IMG/VR virus record: IMGVR_UViG_3300022867_000010
Origin: an uncultured virus (IMG/VR IMGVR_UViG_3300022867_000010)
Lineage: Duplodnaviria > Heunggongvirae > Uroviricota > Caudoviricetes
Reading direction: 5' to 3' (one strand)
Length of the DNA: 64,000 nt
The translations under genes were made by a program, and so were the position numbers. Of this stretch, positions 9,049 through 18,863 are shown piece by piece. A model generated the notes under the pieces. It searched no databases and was not told the DNA's origin. It worked only from the letters and a program-made list of their open reading frames with translations. Within the stretch, counting starts at the first letter, position 1. Every line of letters begins with the position of its first letter.

Positions 9049-9693
9049 TTATATCGTATTTAAGAAATCCTTAAATAATTTAAAAGATAGATCAGTATCC
9101 ATCTTCTTATTTTTAAGAGTCTTTCTTTGTTCTTCCAATGTCTCCATTGCATAGACGCCATGCTTTTCATCATACAACCATTCAGCACCTTCTAAGATAC
9201 CATTAACGAATGCTTCATGAGCAGAAGGGTCTTGTACAATATCAACAGTGTTAAGCATAAAATCTTCGCCTACCTGATTGATACCATTTTTTGTTACTAA
9301 TGAACCCATACCCCGTGATGATACACCAAGCTGAACTCCTCCTTCAATTAAACCTTTCGCGATTAATCCCATAGGAGTATCAAGTAACTTCGCCTTTCCT
9401 AAAACATTATTTCCTTCCCAGGTCAGTTCTGTGATAAGATGAGATACTTTGTCAAGATTGATTGTAGGACCTTCTGGGTGGTTTAATTCACCAACCGATC
9501 GTCCTGCCGCTATTTGAGTTTTAGAATATGTCTCTACTGCCTTTTCCATGATCTTCTTTGGATATATACGGCCGTTTCGATTCTTTTTCTCTGACTGCAT
9601 GAATATACCTTTTATATAGGTACTTTTCTTTTGGCCGTTAGATTCTGTGATATATTCAAGTTCTTGGCCGAAATCTTCACATATAAGTTTCAT
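9049..9693 (-). CDS. 21: Prohead protease (gp21)
   Basis: GIFMQ...NRNGR.YP, GELNHP, GVSSRGMGS, D.V.DPSA. Confidence 0.97.
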   Translation of the reverse strand: MKLICEDFGQELEYITESNGQKKSTYIKGIFMQSEKKNRNGRIYPKKIMEKAVETYSKTQIAAGRSVGELNHPEGPTINLDKVSHLITELTWEGNNVLGKAKLLDTPMGLIAKGLIEGGVQLGVSSRGMGSLVTKNGINQVGEDFMLNTVDIVQDPSAHEAFVNGILEGAEWLYDEKHGVYAMETLEEQRKTLKNKKMDTDLSFKLFKDFLNTI

Positions 9694-9845
9694 TAGTCTT
9701 CCTGTTTATAGATCGACTTACCTATCTCTACTTTCTTTGCTTCAATAGCATCTGAGATACGAGCGCCAATCTCTTGTTTGAACATTGAATTAGCTTCTGG
9801 ACTATCACCATCTGCTATTGATTTAATCATTTTTTCTATTGACAT
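9693..9845 (-). CDS. Small prohead core protein (gp67-like, 50 aa)
   Basis: My translation MSIEKMIKSIADGDSPEANSMFKQEIGARISDAIEAKKVEIGKSIYKQED; GGAG SD; TAATG overlap with gp21. Confidence 0.7.
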   Translation of the reverse strand: MSIEKMIKSIADGDSPEANSMFKQEIGARISDAIEAKKVEIGKSIYKQED

Positions 9846-9858
9846 AATATTTCTCCGT

Positions 9859-10335
9859 TTATCCTTTAGGATAAGTTATAGATGTAAGTCTTAACAGAGA
9901 ACTACCTGCAAATAAACTCTGTGTTTGATTTTTGTCCATTACTAATGAACCTGCAGCTTCTATTGACATAGAAGCAACCGCTCTGTCGAATTGAATAACC
10001 TCTGCCGTTCCTGAACCATCAATATCATCGGTAAGATTATTATCCAATGTTATTGCGTTGCCTGCTATAGCAGTTATAACTGAACCGGTGTCAATGTTTG
10101 CTGCAGTTGCAACATCTCCAATTAATAATCCAACAACATTATCTAATGTCAAAACAGATTGACCTGACGCATTGTTGACTGAAGTTGTTTGTGGATTATT
10201 ATCTACAAGAGTAATAACATGAGAATTTGAGCTATCTGTATTAGTAATTCGAACTGCCTTACCTAAAGACACAGTCGATGCTGTTGCTTGTGAGGTAGGA
10301 GAAGATATTTCCAAAGTCAGTGGTTTGTAATACAT
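9859..10335 (-). CDS. Putative virion protein, beta-rich
   Basis: Own late promoter at 10360-10367; between gp20 and gp21. Confidence 0.6.
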   Translation of the reverse strand: MYYKPLTLEISSPTSQATASTVSLGKAVRITNTDSSNSHVITLVDNNPQTTSVNNASGQSVLTLDNVVGLLIGDVATAANIDTGSVITAIAGNAITLDNNLTDDIDGSGTAEVIQFDRAVASMSIEAAGSLVMDKNQTQSLFAGSSLLRLTSITYPKG

Positions 10336-10486
10336 AGTTTCTATCCTTTAATATGTTTATATTTATACAATCTATATCTAGACTATTTCAAACCTAGAAA
10401 TTTGATAGTTGTTAGCAATTTGCCGATTATTTTACCAAACGATCCCTCTTGTTCATTACTTATTCCTTCAATACAGAAGTCATCGA

Positions 10487-12094
10487 TTATATTAATAATT
10501 TATTCAGCTCATTAATTTCATCATCTGATTTATCTGCCTTATCTTCTTCTAAGTCTAATGGTTTATCATCCACAACCAAATCTGTGGATTCACCAAAATC
10601 GTCGTCATCGTCTGGAGCCGCGTCCTTTTCGGCCTGTATTTGTTCGATGGTTAATGCGATATCTTCATCATTCTGCATTAAAATATTCTTTCTTACCCAT
10701 TCAACGGAGTAGTATCTGCCAACGTATTCGTCAACTTCTCTAAGAGTAAGGATTCTTTCCCTTAACAATTCCGCATTTTTCATTTCTGCGAAGTGAGAAT
10801 CTTTAATAAAATTAACCGAAATATCGTGCTTGATTACTAACCATTCTTCTTCAGTTACAATACCTTTGAGTATTAACTGAGTATGAAGCATGTCTATGAA
10901 AAGATTTGAAAACTTTTTTCGTATACGTGAAACAAACTTTTGAAATTTAAGTTCTTCTCTTGTAGTTTCACTTGCACGACCTAACGAGATCATACCTGAG
11001 TTTTCAGTATCTAATCTAGATGCAGGTACAGTTAATGCCTTGTATAGTTTCTTTTGAAAATATATAATATCGTCAATCTGTCCTAGATTGTCACCACCTG
11101 GGAGAGTTGATATTTCTGTTCCTCGACCGCCTTCGCGTCTTGGTAACCAAAAATCTTCAAGCATAGACATATGTTTATTGTTGTCTTTAAGTTCACCAGT
11201 AGATGCATCGTAGACCATTTTGTTGCGATACCGAGCCATGATATTTCTTAGATATTCCTCGGCTTTGCCTTTAGGTAGATTACCAACGTCTATATAAAAT
11301 ATACGTCTTTCAGGTGCCCGTGACATACGGTAGACAACCAAGCTGTCTTCCATCATACGCAATTGATTAACCGCTTTCATTGCTTTGTGTAGATGAGAAA
11401 GCACTTGCGTTCTAGTAGGATCAAATAATCCAGATGTTACATATGTAATAGAATCTGGAGCAACTTTAAGTCCTGTGTTGGCCGCGCCAATTCCACCAAT
11501 TCCATTCTTTTCATAGATATAAAATTCGTTTGTTCCTGTAATTATCTCTGCTTTGGTTACAGGGTCAATTTCTTTTATTACTTCTTTTACCTTTCTGATC
11601 TTGGTTGAATCAATTGGTCGTACTTCAATCAAACCTTTTTTAGGATTGTCTGGGTCTATAATTTTGTGGTAATATAACCTACCGTCAACGTACCAACGTC
11701 TAAATATATCATGACCTTGAAAATTCATATTCAGCAATTCGCCGATATATTCAAATTCTTTTCTTATAATATTCTTTATTCTGTCTGGTTGTTTTAAATC
11801 GTCTAGCGTAATGCTAACAGGAGATGAAGAATCGTCTGACACGATTGCTTCGTTTACTATATCGTCTACAGCTGCATCACATTCAGCTTGCATTGCTATA
11901 TCACGATACTTTATAATTAGTTCTTTATCGTTTTGCGCTTGGCCGCCGTCTTGATCTAAATATGTTCCATAATGGCCGCCAGCGTCAACTACATAACCGC
12001 CGTCATCGTCATTTACCGCTGGAACAAACGACTTATTTTCTTTGTTTTCCTTGCCTTTTCGTACTATTTCAAATCCAAAAAAATCTAATGCCAT
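10487..12094 (-). CDS. 20: Portal protein (gp20)
   Basis: FRRWYVDGR, YR.SRAPERRIFYIDVGNLPK.KAE.YL, EDFWLPRREGGRGTEI.TLPGG. Confidence 0.99.
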   Translation of the reverse strand: MALDFFGFEIVRKGKENKENKSFVPAVNDDDGGYVVDAGGHYGTYLDQDGGQAQNDKELIIKYRDIAMQAECDAAVDDIVNEAIVSDDSSSPVSITLDDLKQPDRIKNIIRKEFEYIGELLNMNFQGHDIFRRWYVDGRLYYHKIIDPDNPKKGLIEVRPIDSTKIRKVKEVIKEIDPVTKAEIITGTNEFYIYEKNGIGGIGAANTGLKVAPDSITYVTSGLFDPTRTQVLSHLHKAMKAVNQLRMMEDSLVVYRMSRAPERRIFYIDVGNLPKGKAEEYLRNIMARYRNKMVYDASTGELKDNNKHMSMLEDFWLPRREGGRGTEISTLPGGDNLGQIDDIIYFQKKLYKALTVPASRLDTENSGMISLGRASETTREELKFQKFVSRIRKKFSNLFIDMLHTQLILKGIVTEEEWLVIKHDISVNFIKDSHFAEMKNAELLRERILTLREVDEYVGRYYSVEWVRKNILMQNDEDIALTIEQIQAEKDAAPDDDDDFGESTDLVVDDKPLDLEEDKADKSDDEINELNKLLI

Positions 12095-12112
12095 TATACA
12101 ATACCTCTTTAT

Positions 12113-12159
12113 ATAGAAAGGGGAGAGCGTACCCTCCCCATATGTTTCTATTATTTATA
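12113..12159 (-). promoter_or_regulatory. Late promoter plus leader or terminator hairpin upstream of gp20
   Basis: TATAAATA (12152-12159), then GGGGAGGG-TACG-CTCTCCCC-TTTC. Confidence 0.75.
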
Positions 12160-12163
12160 ACGC

Positions 12164-12691
12164 CTAGCTTGTTGAACTGGATTCCCAATATTGGATTTGT
12201 AATTCAACTGTAAATTCTTCAATTGTGTTTTCACTATCATAGTTAACATCGATAGCAGAAACATTTGAAGGCCAACATCCACGGATATTGTAAGTCTTAG
12301 TAACAACTCCTTCTTTGTTTAGTTGTTCAACAACCATATCAGCTGAATAATCGGTAGGATTGCTCAAACCTGTATTATTGTTATGTTGGTTGATACCATT
12401 CATCCATTGCTCAAACGAGTTACGAACACTCATCTCAACATCATTGATAACCGTCAAGGTCCAAGGTTCGAAAGTTCTATCGCCTGCAATTTGCAGTTGA
12501 CGACCACGAAAAGGAATCATGATTGGTGCAATGATTGATGCTGGAAGTGAAGCACCTTTGATAAGGAAAGATGCAAGTTCGGGGTCACCGCCCGCATATC
12601 CTGGAAAGTTACAAGTAACTCGGAACATATTAGCCCGAGCACCGCCACCTTTTAATTTCGACTTGAAGTCATCTACGCCTAAAGTTGCCAT
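12164..12691 (-). CDS. 19: Tail tube protein (gp19)
   Basis: GGARAN.F, FRGR.L.IAGDRTFEPW, IEEFTVE.Q.QYWE. Confidence 0.97.
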   Translation of the reverse strand: MATLGVDDFKSKLKGGGARANMFRVTCNFPGYAGGDPELASFLIKGASLPASIIAPIMIPFRGRQLQIAGDRTFEPWTLTVINDVEMSVRNSFEQWMNGINQHNNNTGLSNPTDYSADMVVEQLNKEGVVTKTYNIRGCWPSNVSAIDVNYDSENTIEEFTVELQIQYWESSSTS

Positions 12692-13344
12692 TAATATATC
12701 TCTCCTATTTGAGTTTGTGTTGCAATGATGTTACTCATAACTGATTTGATTTGTGTTTCGTTTATATTCATGTGTTTATTCCTATTCTCTTGCCAGGGTA
12801 TAAATCTTAAGTTGTTTATATGACCTAATAACTCGGGAGCAATATTATTATCAAAACCATATTTAATTGATATGATATGATCTAGTTGATAAGCCCCTTC
12901 TTGGCCACACAAACCTCGAGGTTTGTCATAATTCTTCAAAGACGATAAGTCATTTAATCTTGTAACTCTCAGCACATTCGCATAATATGCTTTCTGGGCA
13001 TCTTTGTTGGAATTCCAACGTGGATGATTCGTCCCTTGCATATTAGGCATTATTCTGCCCTTATTAGCTCTACCAGCAACATTTCCCTTCATCTGAATGC
13101 TTTTGCGGCATGTGTAACAAGTATCAGTATTTCTACTATATCTTTGCGTATAAGTTTCTTCACATAGATCACATTTACATTCAACATCAACACACGAACC
13201 GCTCAGAAGTTCAGACACCAATACTTTAATTCTTGGTATGATTCCCCATCGCGGCGCTGGATTATCAAATGAATAACCCTTTGATTGCCAATATTTCATG
13301 TTACTGGATGAAATCTTCATTTCGATATATTTCGTTATTATCAT
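12691..13344 (-). mobile_element. Free-standing HNH homing endonuclease between gp18 and gp19
   Basis: CxC..C / C..C zinc motif, HPRWN, YQLDHIISI.YGF...NLRFIPWQEN; its 3' end supplies the GGAGA SD and TAATG overlap for gp19. Confidence 0.8.
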
Positions 13345-13361
13345 CTTTGTTTACCTTTAAC

Positions 13362-13432
13362 AAAACCTAAAAATGTGTTTATGCAGAACGATAGGTTATT
13401 CGTCTCTTCGGGTGGCCACCCTAGCATAAACA
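13362..13432 (-). ncRNA. Structured cis RNA leader (three-way junction, possible pseudoknot) upstream of the HNH gene
   Basis: Outer stem TGTTTATGC/GCATAAACA enclosing GGGTGGCCACCC and AGACGA..TCGTTCT hairpins; loop AACCTA is complementary to downstream TAGGTT. Confidence 0.55.
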
Positions 13433-13442
13433 TAACTCTTAT

Positions 13443-15134
13443 TTACTGACCTGCTATTTCAGAGAATTCGACCCCCGTTCTAGTTGCAATAAAGTTCAAT
13501 GTAATATAATTTATAGCTCGGGCAGGTTTGATATAAATATCAGCAACAAAGTTGTTGCTATCGATAACCTGACCCGTGTTATTAGTAGAATCACAAACAA
13601 CTTTAAAGTCTGTTAAACCACGACGGCCTTTGATATCTCGTAAGAATGGTTCAACCATATTTCTGAATTGTGCGCGAGTAAACTCATCATTCAATTCAAA
13701 GAGTTGAAATTTAGATGCAGTTGCAACAGCCTTCTCGAGGACGATAAACAGACGACGAACATTGATTCGATCAAACGCAGATGGGCGAGCCAACATAGTT
13801 TTATCACCGTAAAGAATAGTTCCTTCACCTGGGAATGAAACGATAGGGTTAACGCGTGCCTTGTAAAGATCATCACGCTCCGCTTTTGTAGGATTATATG
13901 CAATCTTAACTGTGTTCAGAATCTGACCACGATTAAATCCAGCAGGCGAGAACCATGCATCGGCAACACCATCTGTATAAGCACAAAGTCCTGCGGTATG
14001 TCCGTTAGCAGGAATCCAACGATAAAGATCGTTGTATTTGTCGTAGATTTTAACAGCAGTAGAATCAGCAACAGAATATGAAGTAGATGCAAGTGCGTTA
14101 AAATATTCTAAAACGTTTGTAGCAGGAGTTGCAGCGTTAACTGTATCTGCGATTGGTGGTGATATAAAAGCAACACAATCCTTCCGGCCTTCAACCAAAG
14201 TAATTACTTTAGCGCCCAGGGTTGTTACACCGTTAACGTCAACTGGAGCGATTAACAAGTTAATGTCAACAGTTTCAGCATCTGCAAACAGATCAAGTGC
14301 TATTGATAATTCACCAGCAGTAGCAGCAGAACCTTCAACACCACCATTAAGAGTAGTAACTTCGGTTGTACTTCCAGCAGTAAAATCAGTTATACTTGTA
14401 GTGCCAGCATCGACAGCAGTAGTGTGATCAAGCCAGTAGATGTATTCTGATGTTGAAGCAATAACTTCAATATAGTAGTTAGAAGTACCATCAGTTTTCT
14501 TTGCATCAGAAGCAGCAGAAACATATGCGAATTTTTCTAAAACGTTTCCAGGTGTTCCTGAGATTGTACCCAATGTGTCTATAACGATAATGTGCATTTC
14601 ATCAAGAGACCCACCACGAGCAACCGCGTAATCAGAAGAAGTAGGTTTAGAATCAAATTCTTTGTCGTATCGAGCAGCAGAACCTGTCCAAACTGCCCAT
14701 GCGGCGTCTGACGCAGGACAAACTTCAACTTTGATTCCGTTACCGATAGTTCCTGCAGCACGTGCGCCCCAGATACCAACAGAAGCTTCACCAGCCTTAA
14801 AATTGTCTTCGTAATGTGATAGATTTTTGATTAATAATCCAGTTCCAGAACCAGTTGCATTTACTTGTAATGCCTTTGCAGCACGAACAATTCTTAATGA
14901 ATTTCCGTATTTTAGAAATGCTGCAGCTTGAAAGAATGGGGTGAAATTTGCGGTGGTTGGTTGACCGAACTTAGCAACCATATCTGTTTCTGATGAAACA
15001 GTAGTTACTTCGCCAATCGGGCCCGCCGAGAAGTCGCCAACCAAAGCACCTATCGATGTAGATACTGCGGGTACGACATTCGTTAAGTCAATTTCCTTGA
15101 CTTGAACGCCTGCTGATACTTGAAATGCTGACAT
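13443..15134 (-). CDS. 18: Tail sheath protein (gp18)
   Basis: GVQVKEIDLT, WFSPAGFNRG, GDKT......AFDRINVRRLF, FELND.FTR. Confidence 0.98.
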   Translation of the reverse strand: MSAFQVSAGVQVKEIDLTNVVPAVSTSIGALVGDFSAGPIGEVTTVSSETDMVAKFGQPTTANFTPFFQAAAFLKYGNSLRIVRAAKALQVNATGSGTGLLIKNLSHYEDNFKAGEASVGIWGARAAGTIGNGIKVEVCPASDAAWAVWTGSAARYDKEFDSKPTSSDYAVARGGSLDEMHIIVIDTLGTISGTPGNVLEKFAYVSAASDAKKTDGTSNYYIEVIASTSEYIYWLDHTTAVDAGTTSITDFTAGSTTEVTTLNGGVEGSAATAGELSIALDLFADAETVDINLLIAPVDVNGVTTLGAKVITLVEGRKDCVAFISPPIADTVNAATPATNVLEYFNALASTSYSVADSTAVKIYDKYNDLYRWIPANGHTAGLCAYTDGVADAWFSPAGFNRGQILNTVKIAYNPTKAERDDLYKARVNPIVSFPGEGTILYGDKTMLARPSAFDRINVRRLFIVLEKAVATASKFQLFELNDEFTRAQFRNMVEPFLRDIKGRRGLTDFKVVCDSTNNTGQVIDSNNFVADIYIKPARAINYITLNFIATRTGVEFSEIAGQ

Positions 15135-15157
15135 GTTTTTATCCTTTGTTAAAATAA

Positions 15158-15201
15158 TAAGAAATCATAATAAGGTTGTATTCAATTTACATATATTTAT
15201 A
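15158..15201 (-). repeat. Late promoter plus leader of gp18; degenerate direct repeat of 15883-15927
   Basis: taagaaatcataataaggttgtattcaatttacatatatttata vs taagattcataatacgattatcttcaatttaccattatatttata. Confidence 0.65.
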
Positions 15202-15853
15202 TCAAATGGTATCTGCGAATCTTTGATTTAGATATTCCAGTGAGACGCCAAGCCTCAGATATAGAACTATACAGCTTATTGTCTATTGATACTTCTTTAG
15301 ATTGTGTTTGTATATAGCCGTTCTCATATAACATTTTTAAACTCTTTGACATTTGATCTCTAACACGAATATCACTCATGGCTTTAATCTTTTTGTCGAC
15401 AGTTTCGCTACTCTGTTTTACCCCCATCTTGCTTTTTGATATCTTGCTTTTTGTTTCTTCAGATTTCCTTTTTCCGGTATTAGCAATCTTCAGCTTGAGT
15501 TTAAATGATTCAGATTTAGGCTTTCTTGCACCTTCTAATGCTGATTTCTCACTGATAGCAAAATTATCCGTTTTATTGAGGAATTTTAAATTTTCAACGA
15601 CTCTCATTCGTTTTAAAACTACATTTTCCCATGCTATAGCATTTGAACTATTATCAAAGATTCTTCTTATATTGATAATGTCAGGTTCGCCATATTCCAT
15701 TCTGAATGATTTGACGTGCTTAGAAGAAGTAAAGTAAGATACCCATAAATCATCGGGGGTACAGTTTTTGGCATATCTTACCCCATAATAATATTTGGCA
15801 TATTTCGACCATCCTATAACATAAGTATAAGGTTTATAACTAATGGTAGACAT
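15197..15853 (-). mobile_element. Seg-like GIY-YIG homing endonuclease with NUMOD3 repeats, between gp17 and gp18
   Basis: PYTYVIGW...YYYGVRYA...YFTSS; GKRKSEETKSKIS. Start placed at MSTISY because of the GAGGT SD (track start 15892). Confidence 0.85.
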
Positions 15854-15931
15854 GATAGCTAATACCTCATTTGAGTTTATAGTAAGATTCATAATACGAT
15901 TATCTTCAATTTACCATTATATTTATAATAA

Positions 15932-17554
15932 TTACCAACTTGAAGATTTCATCGTTGTTGAATCGTCTATACCATATCCTCCGTCATCGATTCCGTCATC
16001 AACAAACCCAAAAGGTATAACATCATTTTCTATCATCTTCATATTTTCCGCGTGAATCATATCTCTAAGATTTATATCTGTAATCGATTGAAAGAATGGA
16101 GTTGAAGCAAACCAACCAAATAATACAAGATTCATTACTAAATCGTCGTGATGGCCGTTGGTTGCTTCATAAGAAGAACCTCTTGCTTCAAACGTGGACA
16201 TTTCTATTATTGTATTTTCATCGCAAATCTCTAGTTTATTTTCTTCTATCAGATCTTTGAAGTTGGAACAGCCGATTCTTTTTATCTTCTTGGTCATTTT
16301 TACACCAAGTGCATCCGCTTTTACTGCAGATTCCATATAAACATTTTCGTATTCTAGCTCGTAATATAATCCATTACATACCAGCGTGCCTTGATCGTTG
16401 CTTTCAATTACAGCGTACGCTTCGTTATAAGTTTTGCAATATTTATAGATCACATCTGGAAACAATAACGGGGAAATCATATTATCTCTGAACACGCAAA
16501 CCTGCTTCATAGGTCGCGAAGTTATGTCTATGATTATAAAAGTTGAATAATCCTGTCCTCTACCATGAGCAACATCTACAAAACACATATATTCATGATC
16601 GATTTCTGGTTTATAATATACGCTAGCATTACCTTGAGTATAAACAGGTTCTGTCTTTCTAAGACTAAGTAATTTGTTGCCATCAATAAGAGTAAGGCCA
16701 TAACCAATGAACTCGTTACCAAACTCTTGTCTAAATTGAAGTGCACTAGTATTTTGAATTGTTTCTTGCTTCCACGCCTCGTCTCTACCTGGGACGTCCC
16801 ACCAATCAACTCGAAAATTGTTATATGAATTTACTTCCTGAACTGACCCTTCCCATAACTTGTGGAATGAATTGCCAAGACCGTTTGCGGTTGAGGTAAT
16901 AATAACTCTAGAAGTTTTTCCCGAGGTTATTACAGGGTAGGTTGAAGTGTAGAATTGAACATCATTTTCAACAAAGGCAAACTCGTCAAGATACAAAAGC
17001 GAAATAGATAAACCACGAATAGAACTTCCACTTGTAGCGGCGGCAACTATACGAGAATTATTATCGAATTCAATTGAACCTTTGTTTAACGCTTTACACC
17101 CAGGTTGTAAAAAGAAAGGTACATTTTCTAACATTAGAGTAATACGAGAAAGCATCTCTCTCGAAGTAGCACCTTTGTTTGCCAATATAGCAACTACCTT
17201 TGTTGCATGGAACAAAACATACCAAAGCAAATACGCGCAAGACGAAATGGACTTACCTGACTGTCTACATGCCAGAACAATGGAAAATCTGTTTGAATTA
17301 AAATGATCAAACATATCTTCTTGGTAATCATATAAATCGAAATCGACGAGACCTCTATCTAGATGAATTACTTTAAGATAGTTTCGTGCAAAATATGCAG
17401 GGTCTGCCATACATTTCTTGTATTCAACAACCTGATGCTCTGTAAACTGTGTTACAACCCCTGCGCGCTTTACCTGTGAGTTGCCAAGATATGTTTGTTC
17501 AGACGCTGGTGTTACTTGGGTCTTTTGGTTTATGCTCAAGAGCTTCTCCATCAT
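15932..17554 (-). CDS. 17: Terminase large subunit (gp17)
   Basis: RQSGKS, LYLDEFAFV, ITSTANG, VDVA.GRG.DYS, HDDLVM; uninterrupted. Confidence 0.98.
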   Translation of the reverse strand: MMEKLLSINQKTQVTPASEQTYLGNSQVKRAGVVTQFTEHQVVEYKKCMADPAYFARNYLKVIHLDRGLVDFDLYDYQEDMFDHFNSNRFSIVLACRQSGKSISSCAYLLWYVLFHATKVVAILANKGATSREMLSRITLMLENVPFFLQPGCKALNKGSIEFDNNSRIVAAATSGSSIRGLSISLLYLDEFAFVENDVQFYTSTYPVITSGKTSRVIITSTANGLGNSFHKLWEGSVQEVNSYNNFRVDWWDVPGRDEAWKQETIQNTSALQFRQEFGNEFIGYGLTLIDGNKLLSLRKTEPVYTQGNASVYYKPEIDHEYMCFVDVAHGRGQDYSTFIIIDITSRPMKQVCVFRDNMISPLLFPDVIYKYCKTYNEAYAVIESNDQGTLVCNGLYYELEYENVYMESAVKADALGVKMTKKIKRIGCSNFKDLIEENKLEICDENTIIEMSTFEARGSSYEATNGHHDDLVMNLVLFGWFASTPFFQSITDINLRDMIHAENMKMIENDVIPFGFVDDGIDDGGYGIDDSTTMKSSSW

Positions 17555-17879
17555 TAATTTGTTTTAACGCCTGTTGTAAATCCGCGGTGCTGCCAATAAA
17601 CAAATTATTTGTTGTGGTGCCGTTCGGTGCATCCAAGCCAGGCTGTGAAACTTTTGTATCTATGTCTTTCTTCTTCTTTTGCAGTTCAATTAATTTTTCC
17701 GCCACTTCTGAATTTTGCTTCATAAGTGTACCCAACACTTCAAACGCTCGAGGGTGTTCAAGATTTTTCGCAAGTTCCATCATTAGATCAATTGCTTCTG
17801 CACCTTTTTCTGCTAATTCATAATATTGCTTTCGGGCAAATTCATAATCATCACGTAAATCTTTTTCATCAATAGCCAT
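17499..17879 (-). CDS. 16: Terminase small subunit (gp16)
   Basis: DYEFAR, EHPRAFEV, NNLFIGSTADLQ. Confidence 0.95.
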   Translation of the reverse strand: MAIDEKDLRDDYEFARKQYYELAEKGAEAIDLMMELAKNLEHPRAFEVLGTLMKQNSEVAEKLIELQKKKKDIDTKVSQPGLDAPNGTTTNNLFIGSTADLQQALKQINDGEALEHKPKDPSNTSV

Positions 17880-17885
17880 TATTTA

Positions 17886-18863
17886 TTACCAATTTTCAGT
17901 TACACTTGTTAGCACATCGGTAACAACGGTGTTTTGGATTGTTATAGTTTCTCCTGCCACGAAAAGTTCACTTGGAGAAGAAACCAGCAAAGTATTACTA
18001 TTTATTTGTGTTATTTGACCCACACTTGCAGTTGTGGTCCCAACAATAATATCACCTACATTAAACAAAGAAACAGTGCTAACTGCAAGTGAGATTGTTT
18101 CTGGTACATTACCAAGGTTGGTCTTAACGTTTACAGTATGTTCTTCATCAGGTCCGGTAAGAAAAGGGTTTAACATAACGATTTGTTTTTCAAATACCTG
18201 ATTTGAGGTTGAATCGATAAAGTCCGTTACGGTCTTTCGGATAACTGCGCCGTTACTAACTTCTCCATAAAATCTTACCCTTGTCTCGAAGTCGAGAGTA
18301 TACACAATAGTTCGTCTGGTATTGAAATCACCTTCATAATCGTCGGCTATTCCTACTCCATTCAATACAAATGGCATATCAGTTTTTATGCTGTCGTTAA
18401 CCTGTTTAACCGTGACCGTATAGTCTGGTTGAAAAAACGGCAAAATCTGTTCGATGATTTGTAAAGCATCGTCTTGATTCTTGGACATTATATTTAATTG
18501 AATTCCCATTCTATAACCAACAGGTCCCAGTATTCTTTTCTTGGTGTATGTTGAAGAAGATGTATTTGTCAGAGTCTGTTTGGTCCCTTTCTGCATTTTG
18601 GTGTTTGGGTCATAACTTAAGCTAGTCAACTCAAAAGACATGCGAGGCAATTTGATCGCAATTTTAGGATCGTTTAAATCCGCCTGTTGATCAATTCGAG
18701 CAAGAAACTTCTTTTTAGGTCCGTACGATAAAGGTACTTTTGTTATATTTTTAACTGTGCCTGCGTTGTCAGTTCGTAGTATAGTAATGTCATTGAATAA
18801 AGTACCGAACACCGCTACTGATCTTCTTATAGTCTCATGATAAAAATGTATTCCGTTAAACAT
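17886..18863 (-). CDS. 15: Tail sheath stabiliser / completion protein (gp15)
   Basis: FYHE.IRR.V..FGTLFN, VPL.YGPK.KFLAR, LPRMSFE, QI.EQILP.FQP. Confidence 0.95.
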   Translation of the reverse strand: MFNGIHFYHETIRRSVAVFGTLFNDITILRTDNAGTVKNITKVPLSYGPKKKFLARIDQQADLNDPKIAIKLPRMSFELTSLSYDPNTKMQKGTKQTLTNTSSSTYTKKRILGPVGYRMGIQLNIMSKNQDDALQIIEQILPFFQPDYTVTVKQVNDSIKTDMPFVLNGVGIADDYEGDFNTRRTIVYTLDFETRVRFYGEVSNGAVIRKTVTDFIDSTSNQVFEKQIVMLNPFLTGPDEEHTVNVKTNLGNVPETISLAVSTVSLFNVGDIIVGTTTASVGQITQINSNTLLVSSPSELFVAGETITIQNTVVTDVLTSVTENW

